Below, piece by piece: positions 1-8,309 of a stretch of DNA of 64,000 nucleotides. This DNA comes from an uncultured Chloroflexia bacterium (lineage in GTDB: Bacteria > Chloroflexota > Anaerolineae > Anaerolineales > Villigracilaceae), in NCBI GenBank assembly GCA_963753985.1, contig CAVWED010000008.1:82545-146544 (forward strand), given 5' to 3'. The position numbers and the translations under genes were made by a program. The notes beneath the pieces are model-generated. The model did not search any database and had not been told where the DNA came from. It saw only the letters and a list, made by a program, of their open reading frames with translations. Position 1 is the stretch's first letter. Every line of letters starts with the position of its first letter.

Positions 1-338
1 ATGTCATCCGCTGAAAGTTGCGCTATCGCTCCGGCTTGCCCGCTTCGGTATAACGTGTCAAACGTGAATAAGCCGATACTGCCCAGCATGTCCACGATTG
101 CGGTCAGGACGCTAATTGCTTTTTGCTGTAATCCGCTTGCATGTTTCAAGAAGACAGCCAACCAAACGACAGAGCCGCCCTCAGTCGCAAGCAGTCCCAA
201 GAAGCCGATAAGCTTTTGATTGTCCGGCAATGTGGATTGAATAAAATCTAACGACCGTGACGCGGCATAAATAAACAAGCCGACCGTCAAAACATAGAAT
301 GCAATCTTGCCGATACTTTTTGTAAGTCCTTTAGTCAT
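1..338 (-). CDS. partial membrane protein of the integrative element (start in window, runs off left edge)
   Basis: ATG at 338-336, then an unbroken reverse frame to position 1 (MTKGLTKSIGKIAFYVLTVGLFIYA...GFLGLLATEGGSVVWLAVFL...). Several hydrophobic helices. Absent from the ORF track because no stop lies in the window. Confidence 0.4.
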   Translation of the reverse strand, partial: MTKGLTKSIGKIAFYVLTVGLFIYAASRSLDFIQSTLPDNQKLIGFLGLLATEGGSVVWLAVFLKHASGLQQKAISVLTAIVDMLGSIGLFTFDTLYRSGQAGAIAQLSADD

Positions 339-342
339 GTTT

Positions 343-711
343 TTATTTTCCTTTGCAAGTGATATAACTTGCATTGACCCAGCCCGTGAGATCGTCCACC
401 GTTACGGATCGCCAACCATCACGCGCCGGAATGTTCGCGAGTAAAATAATCTCGCCTTCGCGAAGGACTCGAACAGATGCGTAATTTGTCCCTGCCCCTT
501 CACGGAGATTCAACAAGCCGCCGTCTTCTATTCCGGTTTTGACTTCGCATCGAGTTGGATTAGTTGACGGCGTGCTTTTTGCTTCAAATGTTGGCGTGCC
601 GGACGGAATTGGAGTTGGCGTCACCGTAGGAATGGCCGGCTTTTCCAACAAGCCGCACGCCAACGACATGAACATCAACAAGACAAGAATTATCTTTTTC
701 AAATAGGTCAC
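343..711 (-). CDS. lipoprotein with SH3-like C-terminal domain
   Basis: Signal peptide with lipobox (LMFMSLAC), PT-rich linker, then an SH3_3-like segment (LNLREGAGTNYASVRVLREGEIILL...GWRSV...GWVNASYI). Confidence 0.6.
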   Translation of the reverse strand: MTYLKKIILVLLMFMSLACGLLEKPAIPTVTPTPIPSGTPTFEAKSTPSTNPTRCEVKTGIEDGGLLNLREGAGTNYASVRVLREGEIILLANIPARDGWRSVTVDDLTGWVNASYITCKGK

Positions 712-814
712 CTCGCTTGATTTATATTTCTTGCCGTATTACCACCGCCGCGCTACTCTCACGCGGTTCACGTAAACGGTTATTCAGTTGTCAAAGTTCA
801 GGGAGTTATTCTTG

Positions 815-868
815 TGCTACAATAGTCTTACTACTGCCTTTACAAACTATTGTATGACTAGTTTGACA
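815..868 (+). promoter_or_regulatory. divergent promoter/operator region upstream of the XRE gene
   Basis: Extended -10-like TGCTACAAT (815-823). 7-bp inverted repeat CAAACTA(843-849)/TAGTTTG(859-865) overlaps a TTGACA hexamer (863-868). Lies between divergent genes. Confidence 0.3.
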
Positions 869-910
869 TACCGTCAAGTATGTTATTCTAGGCTTACACG
901 GAGTAAAATT

Positions 911-1168
911 ATGAACGTGACAGTTAATAATCGTTTCGCCGTTCTGCTTGCCGAAAAGCAGATAATAGAGCGCCGCAACATATCCTTACAGGAAGTTGCG
1001 GAGGCAACGGGCATCGCCCGCCAAACGCTTTATAAGTGGGAAAATAACAGCGTGAATCGTTTTGACACACCAATTATTAACGCCCTATGTCAATACTTCG
1101 GCGTCAAGCCAGGCGAATTATTCGAGTACATCGAAGACGAAAAGCCCGCGCCGAAAAAGAAAAAGTAA
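911..1168 (+). CDS. XRE/Cro-CI family helix-turn-helix transcriptional regulator
   Basis: MNVTVNNRFAVLLAEKQIIERRNISLQEVAEATGIARQTLYKWENN... is a classic HTH_3 motif. The internal ATG at 911 is preferred over the track start at 788. Confidence 0.8.
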   Translation: MNVTVNNRFAVLLAEKQIIERRNISLQEVAEATGIARQTLYKWENNSVNRFDTPIINALCQYFGVKPGELFEYIEDEKPAPKKKK

Positions 1169-1185
1169 CGCCTGCCCTACAATAC

Positions 1186-1217
1186 AAAACGCCTGTCATA
1201 AATTGACAGGCGTTTTT
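1186..1217. terminator. bidirectional intrinsic terminator
   Basis: AAAACGCCTGTCA-taaat-TGACAGGCGTTTTT. Perfect stem with an A-run before and a T-run after, between convergent genes. Confidence 0.8.
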
Positions 1218-1258
1218 GCGTTACTGCTATCCGTGCAAATTATTGTCGGAATGTTATG

Positions 1259-2032
1259 TTATTTTCCAACAAACACGATTGGACATGCTACAGTTAAGGC
1301 AAAATCGCTTTTACTTACTTGAATATAGAATTGTCCCGTTGAATTATCGTTAGTAATTATTGAGCTAAAGCCGCCGTCCACATCTCTTAACCTTGCCCAA
1401 TAACAAGAGTTTGTTCCGGCTTGGCCTTTATATGTGCCAGGCTGTATATCTATTCCTACTAAATACATTCCAGTGTCAATGTTTGTGGGCATATGTGCCG
1501 AAGGGGTAGGAAGCGAGGTAAGAAGCAATAGTTCACAATCAGTTTGAAGGGCATAATCAGTAGGTTTGACACGGATATAGTATTGACCATTGCTGTTATC
1601 GTTTGCCAATATTGAGTCAACGGTTCCTGATGTGTCTTTTAGTCTAGCCCAATAACAAGAATTGGTTCCAGCTTGGCCTTCATAAAGTCCTGACTTTATA
1701 TCCTTTCCAATAAGATAAGTTCCTGGTTCAACAAGATTTGGATTTGCCGTCGGTGGAATAGGTGTATTAGTTGGGGCATAAGTTGGCGACTCTACGGGAG
1801 TGGTCGCAGGGTGAGATAAAAGGGCGGTCTGCGTGACATTAGCCCACGCAGTAAGAACCGCAGAAGTTTGAATTGCATTGACATCAGCAGTTGGCTTGGG
1901 TGTTAGGGCGCTGATTGCATTTGAAATCATACCAACGACAATACAGACGACACATAGCCCAACAACGACTCCGCCAATGGTTAGCCAGTTGTTGTGTTTA
2001 ACGGGTGGAAGCGTTGATTGTTGTGTGCTCAT
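1259..2032 (-). CDS. membrane-anchored protein with two tandem ~65-aa repeats, unknown function
   Basis: N-terminal TM helix (WLTIGGVVVGLCVVCIVVGMI), PT-rich linker, then a duplicated module G-x-Y-x-G-x-DI-x-x-G-x-Y-x-GQAGTNSCYWARL-x-D...NDNS-x-GQ-x-YI. Confidence 0.6.
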   Translation of the reverse strand: MSTQQSTLPPVKHNNWLTIGGVVVGLCVVCIVVGMISNAISALTPKPTADVNAIQTSAVLTAWANVTQTALLSHPATTPVESPTYAPTNTPIPPTANPNLVEPGTYLIGKDIKSGLYEGQAGTNSCYWARLKDTSGTVDSILANDNSNGQYYIRVKPTDYALQTDCELLLLTSLPTPSAHMPTNIDTGMYLVGIDIQPGTYKGQAGTNSCYWARLRDVDGGFSSIITNDNSTGQFYIQVSKSDFALTVACPIVFVGK

Positions 2033-2211
2033 TGGAAGTCCCTTTTACCTTATGTAACTGCATATAATCCACTCAGTACGCCTTACTGTTTTAATATACT
2101 CCCTTCCTCCCTTTTTGTCATGTGTCCGTTATCATAAAAAAACAGGGTAAGCCCGTGCTTTGTTTGTGGGCGGATCCGTTAACTGCGCCGTTATCCTTGT
2201 GCGTGTACGCT

Positions 2212-2385
2212 TTAGTTCAACTTCTGCAATTCCTTTTCAAGTTCAGCGCGGGCAATATGCAACATGGACGCCAGGGCGTCCAGGCTTCGAGTCCTGTATT
2301 CAGCGGGAAGGATTGTAACATGCGTGTAATTCAATAACTTTTTCTTTTGCTTTTCCAGTTGTTCAATTCGTTGTTTGTTCGTCAT
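2212..2385 (-). CDS. 57-aa small protein, third member of the MTxKQRIxxLE family (below ORF-track cutoff)
   Basis: Own translation: MTNKQRIEQLEKQKKKLLNYTHVTILPAEYRTRSLDALASMLHIARAELEKELQKLN*. Its ATG overlaps the upstream stop as ATGA (2382-2385). Confidence 0.45.
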   Translation of the reverse strand: MTNKQRIEQLEKQKKKLLNYTHVTILPAEYRTRSLDALASMLHIARAELEKELQKLN

Positions 2386-2588
2386 TCTGAATCCTTTGGT
2401 AACTCGTCAATAAATCGGATACATATTTCCTTGTCGTTATCCGTTTTTATTTTGTCCCATTCGGCCAGGGACATTTCAACGCCGTCACAGGTTCCGAAGT
2501 CGTTCCCTTCAAAGTACACAAATAAGCGCGGCACACCGTGCGGCTTCTGTTCTTGCTCAAGTTTCGTTATTCGTTGTTTGGTTGTCAT
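2382..2588 (-). CDS. small protein, MTTKQRITKLE family
   Basis: Internal start MTTKQRITKLEQEQKPHGVPRLFVYFEGNDFG... preferred by analogy with its two paralogous neighbours. Confidence 0.5.
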   Translation of the reverse strand: MTTKQRITKLEQEQKPHGVPRLFVYFEGNDFGTCDGVEMSLAEWDKIKTDNDKEICIRFIDELPKDSE

Positions 2589-2598
2589 GTCGCATGTC

Positions 2599-2817
2599 CT
2601 ATATTTTATCCAGGTCAATACCGACTCGAATCGTTTTGACAGACAAACTCGCGCCTATATATTCGTCAACCTGTGCGCGTGTCATACCAATTAATTCAGG
2701 ACTGCCATATTCAACCAGTCCCGTTTTTTCGTTACATATCGTTACCCAAATTTTGCCGTTAGCGTGCTTCGCACCGTGCGCTTTTTCAAGTTGGCTAATT
2801 CGTTGTTTCGTTGTCAT
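2599..2817 (-). CDS. small protein, MTTKQRISQLE family
   Basis: MTTKQRISQLEKAHGAKHANGKIWVTICNE... The start overlaps the upstream stop as ATGA (2814-2817). Confidence 0.5.
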   Translation of the reverse strand: MTTKQRISQLEKAHGAKHANGKIWVTICNEKTGLVEYGSPELIGMTRAQVDEYIGASLSVKTIRVGIDLDKI

Positions 2818-3020
2818 CTTGAATCCTTTCCCGTGTCCGCCTTCACTTCAACAGACAGCGGTATCATCTCGCGCTTGCATTCAAGCAATGCCGCGACTTG
2901 TCGAATTGAATTTTCGTCCAGGTCAAACGTGACGCGAATCCCGCCGTCAACAAGAGTCTTAACCTGTGCCACGGTCGCAGGGAATTTAATAACGTTCACG
3001 GTTCTATTTTTTGTTGCCAT
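2814..3020 (-). CDS. small hypothetical protein
   Basis: 68-aa ORF in the same tightly packed minus-strand gene string. Overlaps the upstream gene by 17 nt. Confidence 0.4.
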   Translation of the reverse strand: MATKNRTVNVIKFPATVAQVKTLVDGGIRVTFDLDENSIRQVAALLECKREMIPLSVEVKADTGKDSR

Positions 3021-3426
3021 TGATAGCCGCCTCCAATGCGGTCAAACGTTCGTCAATGTTCAGCGTGTCAATAAACTTAAGCGACAGGTTCAACCAGTCA
3101 ACTGCCGCTTGTCTTCGTGTGCTTTCATGTTTCGCTTTGGTTATCAGTGTTTCGAGCGCGTCCAGGGCGAGAGACTGCCCCACTGAGAGTCGGCGTGTCA
3201 CCGTTTCAAGCATAGCACTTTCAGCAGATCGCAGAGCCGCACGGAATACCGGTTCAGTTAACCAGTTATAAAGCGTCCGTTCCCCTATCCCCGCCCGCTT
3301 CGCCGCCGCGCTTAGTGTCCTTTCGGACAACAGCGCCGCGATCGCTTTTTGTTGTTTGGTAGATATGCCATTATCGGAATTTTCCGGCATGTCTTCAGTT
3401 ACATATTCTTTTTGTTTTTCAGTCAT
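3004..3426 (-). CDS. helix-turn-helix DNA-binding protein (phage/plasmid type)
   Basis: ...LSERTLSAAAKRAGIGERTLYNWLTEPVFRAAL... is an HTH motif followed by a helical C-terminus. Confidence 0.55.
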   Translation of the reverse strand: MTEKQKEYVTEDMPENSDNGISTKQQKAIAALLSERTLSAAAKRAGIGERTLYNWLTEPVFRAALRSAESAMLETVTRRLSVGQSLALDALETLITKAKHESTRRQAAVDWLNLSLKFIDTLNIDERLTALEAAINGNKK

Positions 3427-3435
3427 TGGTTCACC

Positions 3436-4443
3436 TCAATTTTCTAAACATTCAACGCCCAGGATCGCCGTCAAGAAGTCAGCCAGCGCGCCGACTTGTA
3501 GAAGTTGATTCGCATCATGCTTGACGTTATTCTCTCTAACGCTTTGTATCTGTTTACCCCTGCCCTTTACGAGTCCGCTTAAGTCTTTGGCACGTTGTCC
3601 GCCTTTACTCCAAACATCATCCGCCCAAACAAAGACATGTTGATAACGGAGTGCGATTGCTTGCAGTATATCAACGCGTCCGCCGCTTTCACTTCCGAAT
3701 GATAAAGCGGTCACGCTGCAAGGATGACACTGCCAAATTGAAAGCGTATTGAATTCACCTTCAACAAGTAAGAGCGTGTCATGGGATTTGTTTGCATCTT
3801 GCAAGCCAAACAGCAAAGGCACACTGCCGGACATTGCCGAATAACGCAAGCCGTCCGGTTCATCATCCATAAACCGATACTTGACGGCTATTATCGTTTC
3901 GCCGGTCGTGTCCATGTCAAGCCACGGAATGACAAGCGCCGGACGTTGACGTTTTATCTTCGGATCGAACATCACCACATAACCCAACAGCCACGCGTAC
4001 CATGTCCCACGAGATAAGCCGCGCCGTGTGAGATATTCGTGGCCGGCTTTCCCGTCATCCGAGTCCAGTCTATCAGCCGCCGCGGTGATATGCTTCAATG
4101 CTTTTTCTTGCCATGCTGAATCCGGTAAAGTGATGGGCTTCGGCTTCGGTCGTGGTTGTGCTTTGGGCGTGATGGGTTTTGAAACATCACCGCCCAGGGT
4201 AGACAATGCGGTTTTGAAGTCGCAGTTATCCCGCTTCATCACGAAGTCAATCACGGTATGATATTTGCCGTCCCCACATTGCCGACAGTGCCAGCGGTCA
4301 CCGGTCGGCGTGTGTTTGACGGTTAGGCGGTCAGTCCCGCCGCAAAAGGGACACGCGCCGACATGATAAGCGCCCGCCGGTTTGAGTTCATATCCCAGCA
4401 AGGGGATGATTTCAACAGTCTGTTTGATATTCTGAATATCCAT
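3436..4443 (-). CDS. DNA primase (primase-helicase-type zinc ribbon + Toprim domain)
   Basis: ACPFCGGTDRLTV...WHCRQCG zinc ribbon. Toprim-like LLLVEGEFNTLSIWQ with later acidic motifs (VWADDV). Confidence 0.8.
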   Translation of the reverse strand: MDIQNIKQTVEIIPLLGYELKPAGAYHVGACPFCGGTDRLTVKHTPTGDRWHCRQCGDGKYHTVIDFVMKRDNCDFKTALSTLGGDVSKPITPKAQPRPKPKPITLPDSAWQEKALKHITAAADRLDSDDGKAGHEYLTRRGLSRGTWYAWLLGYVVMFDPKIKRQRPALVIPWLDMDTTGETIIAVKYRFMDDEPDGLRYSAMSGSVPLLFGLQDANKSHDTLLLVEGEFNTLSIWQCHPCSVTALSFGSESGGRVDILQAIALRYQHVFVWADDVWSKGGQRAKDLSGLVKGRGKQIQSVRENNVKHDANQLLQVGALADFLTAILGVECLEN

Positions 4444-4542
4444 GTTTCAAAGTCCTTTTGTTACGGTTACTTGTCCCAAATGTCCACGCTATGACATCGT
4501 AACAAGTGACGCCGGAAGACTGATTACAACAAAGGAAAAAGT

Positions 4543-4670
4543 ATCGGGACGCTTTTCTCTCACCATCCTACCGTCCCACCATCCCGATACCCCTTAAGGG
4601 GGTATATATCGGGACGGTTTTGGGCATCCCGATTTTCAAAACGGGAAGGTTCGGGAAGGTTGGGAAGGTT
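4543..4670. repeat. iteron/palindrome cluster, putative replication origin of the integrative element
   Basis: ATCGGGA(C/T) four times in alternating orientation (4543, 4581, 4608, 4626). Imperfect palindrome CCCGATACCCCTTAAGGGGGTATATATCGGG (4583-4613). GGGAAGGTT three times in tandem (4643-4670). Confidence 0.5.
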
Positions 4671-5730
4671 ACAAATTACGGCTTTCATTCTTGCCTTTTT
4701 CGGTCAATTGGTATGCGCCTTTTTGACCGTTCCCGTTTGGATTTTCGACAATTCCGGCTGTGATAAGGTTTGAAACATTATTTCGGATTGCCTTATCTTT
4801 CCCTATCGCAGGATCGCACCCGTCAATAATAGCGTTCATATCGCTAACGCCACTGTCCCGCAAAAAGCGAAGGATATAAATCTGCAAGTTGCTGTAATGC
4901 CGCTTCGCGCTTTGTTCGGATGAAGTCAGCCAAAAACTTTTTGGTTCAATCGTCATTCGATTCGCCATTGCCGCGAATTTGACGGGCGCTTCGTCTCTAA
5001 CTTTTGTTGTCTCAAAGTTAATCAGATCGTCTTCGGGTTCGCTTTCAACTTTGATGAGAGTATCTATCGCGCCTTTGATTGCAGTACTGCCGCGGTAATT
5101 ATCCTTGCCGGTTCCTTTGTTTGAATGATGAATGATGACTATCGCCGCTTGTGTATCTTCGGCAATACGCCGCAAGGTCAAGAAAACGGGCTGAACATCT
5201 TTCACCGCGTTTTCATCCTTGCCAGGCATCACATCCGCCAGGGCGTCAATGATGACAAGGCCCGCGCCCAAGCTATTGATAAGGTTTGTCAGTTCACCGA
5301 TCCAAAACGCATCCCCCAAATTGAAGCCAGCCACGGACACACACGAGACGGGCGTATTATCATCGGCGTCATGCCCGCGTAACACTTCGGCAATACGGCG
5401 CTTGATTCTTGCTTTGCCGCTTTCCTCGTCAATAATCAATGCGGGCTTCTGCATTGTTTGAAAGTCAAGCCATTGATTACCAGTCGCAACGCATACTGCC
5501 AAGTCAAGCAATGCCCACGTCTTTTTTGTTCCGCCATCACCATAAAAGATATTCACGCTTCCGGCTGAAATAAGTCTATCTACAACCCATTCGATAGCGG
5601 GTTGAGGTTGTAACGCATCGTAAGCCGTGATGATTTCATAACGCGGCTTTCCTTCCGGTATGACTATGGCTTTGTCGGCAAGTTCTTTACCGTTGATTTG
5701 CTTCAATAAGTTATCGGTCGCTATCGTCAT
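4669..5730 (-). CDS. RecA-fold AAA_25/RepA-like ATPase (putative replicative helicase/loader) with C-terminal winged-helix
   Basis: Walker A GDGGTKKT, Walker B LVIIDALAD, IVIIHHSNKG...YRGSTAIKGAIDT, typical of plasmid/phage RepA-DnaB-like ATPases. Confidence 0.75.
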   Translation of the reverse strand: MTIATDNLLKQINGKELADKAIVIPEGKPRYEIITAYDALQPQPAIEWVVDRLISAGSVNIFYGDGGTKKTWALLDLAVCVATGNQWLDFQTMQKPALIIDEESGKARIKRRIAEVLRGHDADDNTPVSCVSVAGFNLGDAFWIGELTNLINSLGAGLVIIDALADVMPGKDENAVKDVQPVFLTLRRIAEDTQAAIVIIHHSNKGTGKDNYRGSTAIKGAIDTLIKVESEPEDDLINFETTKVRDEAPVKFAAMANRMTIEPKSFWLTSSEQSAKRHYSNLQIYILRFLRDSGVSDMNAIIDGCDPAIGKDKAIRNNVSNLITAGIVENPNGNGQKGAYQLTEKGKNESRNL

Positions 5731-6136
5731 CGTTGCGCCCTCCCCATAGTGATAATTGCTTTGGCGTCTTCTTTCCGGTCGCTTTATAGGTTACGCCAAC
5801 CGCCGCCTTGCTTTGAATGTTCATCATTGAAACAAATTCCGAAAGCGGACAAGCTCTTTGTGATTCATATCCGCCGCGCTGAATAGGAAAAGATTTTTCT
5901 TGGAAGGTCTCAATGGGAATCGTGTACTTAACTTTCGTGTCGGTCACGGTCACAATGATTTCATCGCATCCGTGCGCTTTTGCTTCGTTGAGTAGATCGC
6001 AAGCTAAAGCAATCGCGGGGGGCGTGTGTAGGAGTCCGCCAGTGGTTCGGCGCACGTCCAGGATCGAGCCGCGTTTGACAGCAACGATTCGACCGTTAAC
6101 ACGTAATGGGTAAGTTGTAGTAGAATTGGAGTACAT
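5711..6136 (-). CDS. hypothetical protein
   Basis: 141-aa ORF coupled (20-nt overlap) to the ATPase gene. No recognisable motif. Confidence 0.45.
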   Translation of the reverse strand: MYSNSTTTYPLRVNGRIVAVKRGSILDVRRTTGGLLHTPPAIALACDLLNEAKAHGCDEIIVTVTDTKVKYTIPIETFQEKSFPIQRGGYESQRACPLSEFVSMMNIQSKAAVGVTYKATGKKTPKQLSLWGGRNDDDSDR

Positions 6137-6186
6137 TAGTTTACAGTCCTTTGCAAGCGTCCGCGTCCGGCGGGCGTTTGCTTTAA

Positions 6187-6390
6187 CTAGTTGGTTTTGA
6201 TTTCTTCCTTTGTGGGTATTGGTGAAACTTCAACGTGGGACGGGTCGGCTTGAGTCAATTGCTTTGCCGCTTCGGTCACGACAAAGCGAACAGCATCGCT
6301 TTGACTTCTTTGCAGTCGCATCGCGAGTTCACTTATTGCGCGTCGTTCATCATCGTTTACCCTAAAAGCAAATTGAGTTATCCTTTGCAT
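6187..6390 (-). CDS. ribbon-helix-helix (CopG/Arc-like) DNA-binding protein
   Basis: ITQFAFRVNDDERRAISELAMRLQRSQSDAVRFVV fits a beta-strand plus two-helix RHH pattern. Confidence 0.65.
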   Translation of the reverse strand: MQRITQFAFRVNDDERRAISELAMRLQRSQSDAVRFVVTEAAKQLTQADPSHVEVSPIPTKEEIKTN

Positions 6391-6402
6391 GTTTCGCTCC
6401 GT

Positions 6403-6439
6403 AGAAAAATAAAAGGCAGATGTTTGTCATCTGCCTTTT
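6403..6439 (-). terminator. intrinsic terminator
   Basis: AAAAGGCAGATG-tttgt-CATCTGCCTTTT with flanking A/T runs, downstream of the 6492-7178 gene. Confidence 0.75.
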
Positions 6440-6491
6440 AGTCTCTCATATGTACCGACATTCGCCATTTGGCAAAACGTATACGTTTTTA

Positions 6492-7178
6492 CTAACCCTT
6501 TCCCTCCCGTGCTACTTTTTCCCTTGCTATCTTTTCTCGTTTTTCAATGGATTTATGTTTCAAGCCTTCGCGCCAAGTTCGCAAAGTCTCAATTACTTTT
6601 CTTTGAGAAACTGGATAACCCACTTTAAAGGGTTCCTTCCCCGCTCGTATATTCTCTTCACCATCTTTTATCGCTATCTCTATTTCATCATCTCTAATAC
6701 GTATTGCTTTCAGCAAGCCTTTTGCATGGTCAAGGCTAAAGGGATTGTACTTTTGTTCTGAACTTGTTGACCAAAACAAATAATCGCCCTGTGTCTTGAG
6801 CCGCGGCAATACTTTTCTAAGTTCTGCGTCGAACGCTATCGCTTCTCGTAAATGGCTTTCAAATTTGGCATTTATTCTTTTTGCTAGTTCAGCATAACTT
6901 ACCCCACCTTTGTTCATGTAATGCAACATTTCTAGAAACTGATTGTCACCCCCTCCTTGCCATGCACCTTGATACTCCATTACACGGTCACGCCATTCGC
7001 AAGCCAAAGGGATAGCAGATTGGATATTCCTTGCAGTAGAGTCTTCGCCAACTTCTATCATCACATGCAAGCGTCCATCTTGCTTTAGCAAGTGAATCAG
7101 AACGCCATTCTTTGATAAAAATAAATCGTCATTTTGGGCTGCGAATCCTATGCCAGGCATCTCATCATACATTTGCAC
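6492..7178 (-). CDS. hypothetical cargo protein next to integrase
   Basis: 228-aa ORF with its own terminator and a Lys/Glu-rich C-terminus. No recognisable domain. Confidence 0.5.
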   Translation of the reverse strand: MQMYDEMPGIGFAAQNDDLFLSKNGVLIHLLKQDGRLHVMIEVGEDSTARNIQSAIPLACEWRDRVMEYQGAWQGGGDNQFLEMLHYMNKGGVSYAELAKRINAKFESHLREAIAFDAELRKVLPRLKTQGDYLFWSTSSEQKYNPFSLDHAKGLLKAIRIRDDEIEIAIKDGEENIRAGKEPFKVGYPVSQRKVIETLRTWREGLKHKSIEKREKIAREKVAREGKG

Positions 7179-7283
7179 ATCCTTTGTTTGTCCGCCCGTG
7201 ACGTGCTAGAATAAGCGTCACCAAGTCGGTCTAGTCGGTTTGGTCATGCCCTGGGCGAGTCCACGCCGCAGGGCATTTTTATT

Positions 7284-8231
7284 TTACAACAAATTATCAG
7301 CCGGCGCAGCGCGGCGGTGGGCTTCTTCCGTATCTTGATTTGTCTGCTTTAAGTAACGTTGAAGTACTGCGATTCCTTCGTGCCCCATAAGTTTAGCGAG
7401 CGTGAAAATATCCGTGCCCGCGCGAAGCATCATCAAAGCAAACGCTCGGCGGAATGAATGCGCCGATGGTTCTTTGACCTTTGCAATTTTGGCAAGCCGG
7501 ACAAGGATCGCCCGCAAGCCGTCATAACCTAATCGCTCTGTGCCATAGCGGGGATGTGTAATCCACAAAGCAGGGTTATTGTCATGCCGATGGATTAAGT
7601 AACGTCTCAAAGCCCGCTTGCTTTGTTTGCCTATATAGACGGTTCGCGGTTTGTTCCCCTTGCCATGTCTTATCAGAATATCGCCACGAGCTTGATTAAC
7701 ATCACATAGATTTATATTCAAAAATTCAGTTGCCCGCGCTCCGGTATCCAACAAACAAAGCAGGATCGCCGCGTCACGGTCACCCGCAAAGGTATCACGC
7801 TTGCAGGCTCTTACCATTTGAGAAATGTCAGCAAGCGGGATCGGTTCTAATGGTTCTGTGGGGACTTTGGGCGCTTTGACTTTGCGAATGGGATTCACCC
7901 AGCCGGTCGGTTCGGTTTCGTCTTGATACCACAACAAAAAAGCGCGAATAGTTCTATAACCCGCATGTCTTCCGCCCGCATTGTGTCCCATCGTTTCCAT
8001 GACAAGCAGATAATCCCGCAATAGACTCGGCGTAATCTGTGAAATGCTTTTTACTGCTTGGGTTTCGCAGTAGTCAACAAAATAGCGAAGTTGAAATTCA
8101 TAAAAACGAATTGTGTTTTTTGACGTGCCGCGGGCTTTGCGGTCTACTAAAAATCCGTCAATCCATGTGAGCAAATAGTCATCAAGAATTGACGGAGTCA
8201 ACTGTGTCTCGTTTATTCTTTTGTCGGTCAT
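7284..8231 (-). CDS. tyrosine-type site-specific recombinase/integrase
   Basis: N-terminal SAM-like core-binding domain. Catalytic region LLDTGARATE...HSFRRAFALMMLRAGTDIFTLAKLMGHEGIAVLQRYL (R..HxxR..Y). Confidence 0.9.
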   Translation of the reverse strand: MTDKRINETQLTPSILDDYLLTWIDGFLVDRKARGTSKNTIRFYEFQLRYFVDYCETQAVKSISQITPSLLRDYLLVMETMGHNAGGRHAGYRTIRAFLLWYQDETEPTGWVNPIRKVKAPKVPTEPLEPIPLADISQMVRACKRDTFAGDRDAAILLCLLDTGARATEFLNINLCDVNQARGDILIRHGKGNKPRTVYIGKQSKRALRRYLIHRHDNNPALWITHPRYGTERLGYDGLRAILVRLAKIAKVKEPSAHSFRRAFALMMLRAGTDIFTLAKLMGHEGIAVLQRYLKQTNQDTEEAHRRAAPADNLL

Positions 8232-8240
8232 AGTGTCTTT

Positions 8241-8283
8241 CCGGCATGAGGACTTGAACGCGAAAGGGGTTTACACCGGTTGA
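8241..8283 (-). other. tRNA-Leu 3'-half-like remnant (possible att-site relic)
   Basis: Minus strand TCAACCGGTGTAAACCCCTTTCGCGTTCAAGTCCTCATGCCGG versus tRNA-Leu 8349-8393 TCAACCGGTGGAAACACCTTGAGGGTTCAAGTCCCTCTCGCCCCA. Two identical 10-nt blocks at identical spacing. The T-stem no longer pairs. Confidence 0.45.
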
Positions 8284-8309
8284 AATGGCGCGATATAATA
8301 CAATACCAT

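Noticed and set aside
7230-7275. Hairpin ATGCCCTG...CAGGGCAT followed by TTTTTATTTT, downstream of the integrase, as its terminator
   Set aside because: The T-run is on the plus strand, which is the wrong orientation for the minus-strand int gene. No plus-strand gene precedes it, so its function is left open.
1-8300. Calling the left region a complete prophage
   Set aside because: Only integration, regulation and replication functions and small ORFs are visible. No capsid, portal, large terminase, tail or lysis genes lie in the window, and the element continues off the edge. It could equally be an integrative plasmid, satellite or ICE-like element.
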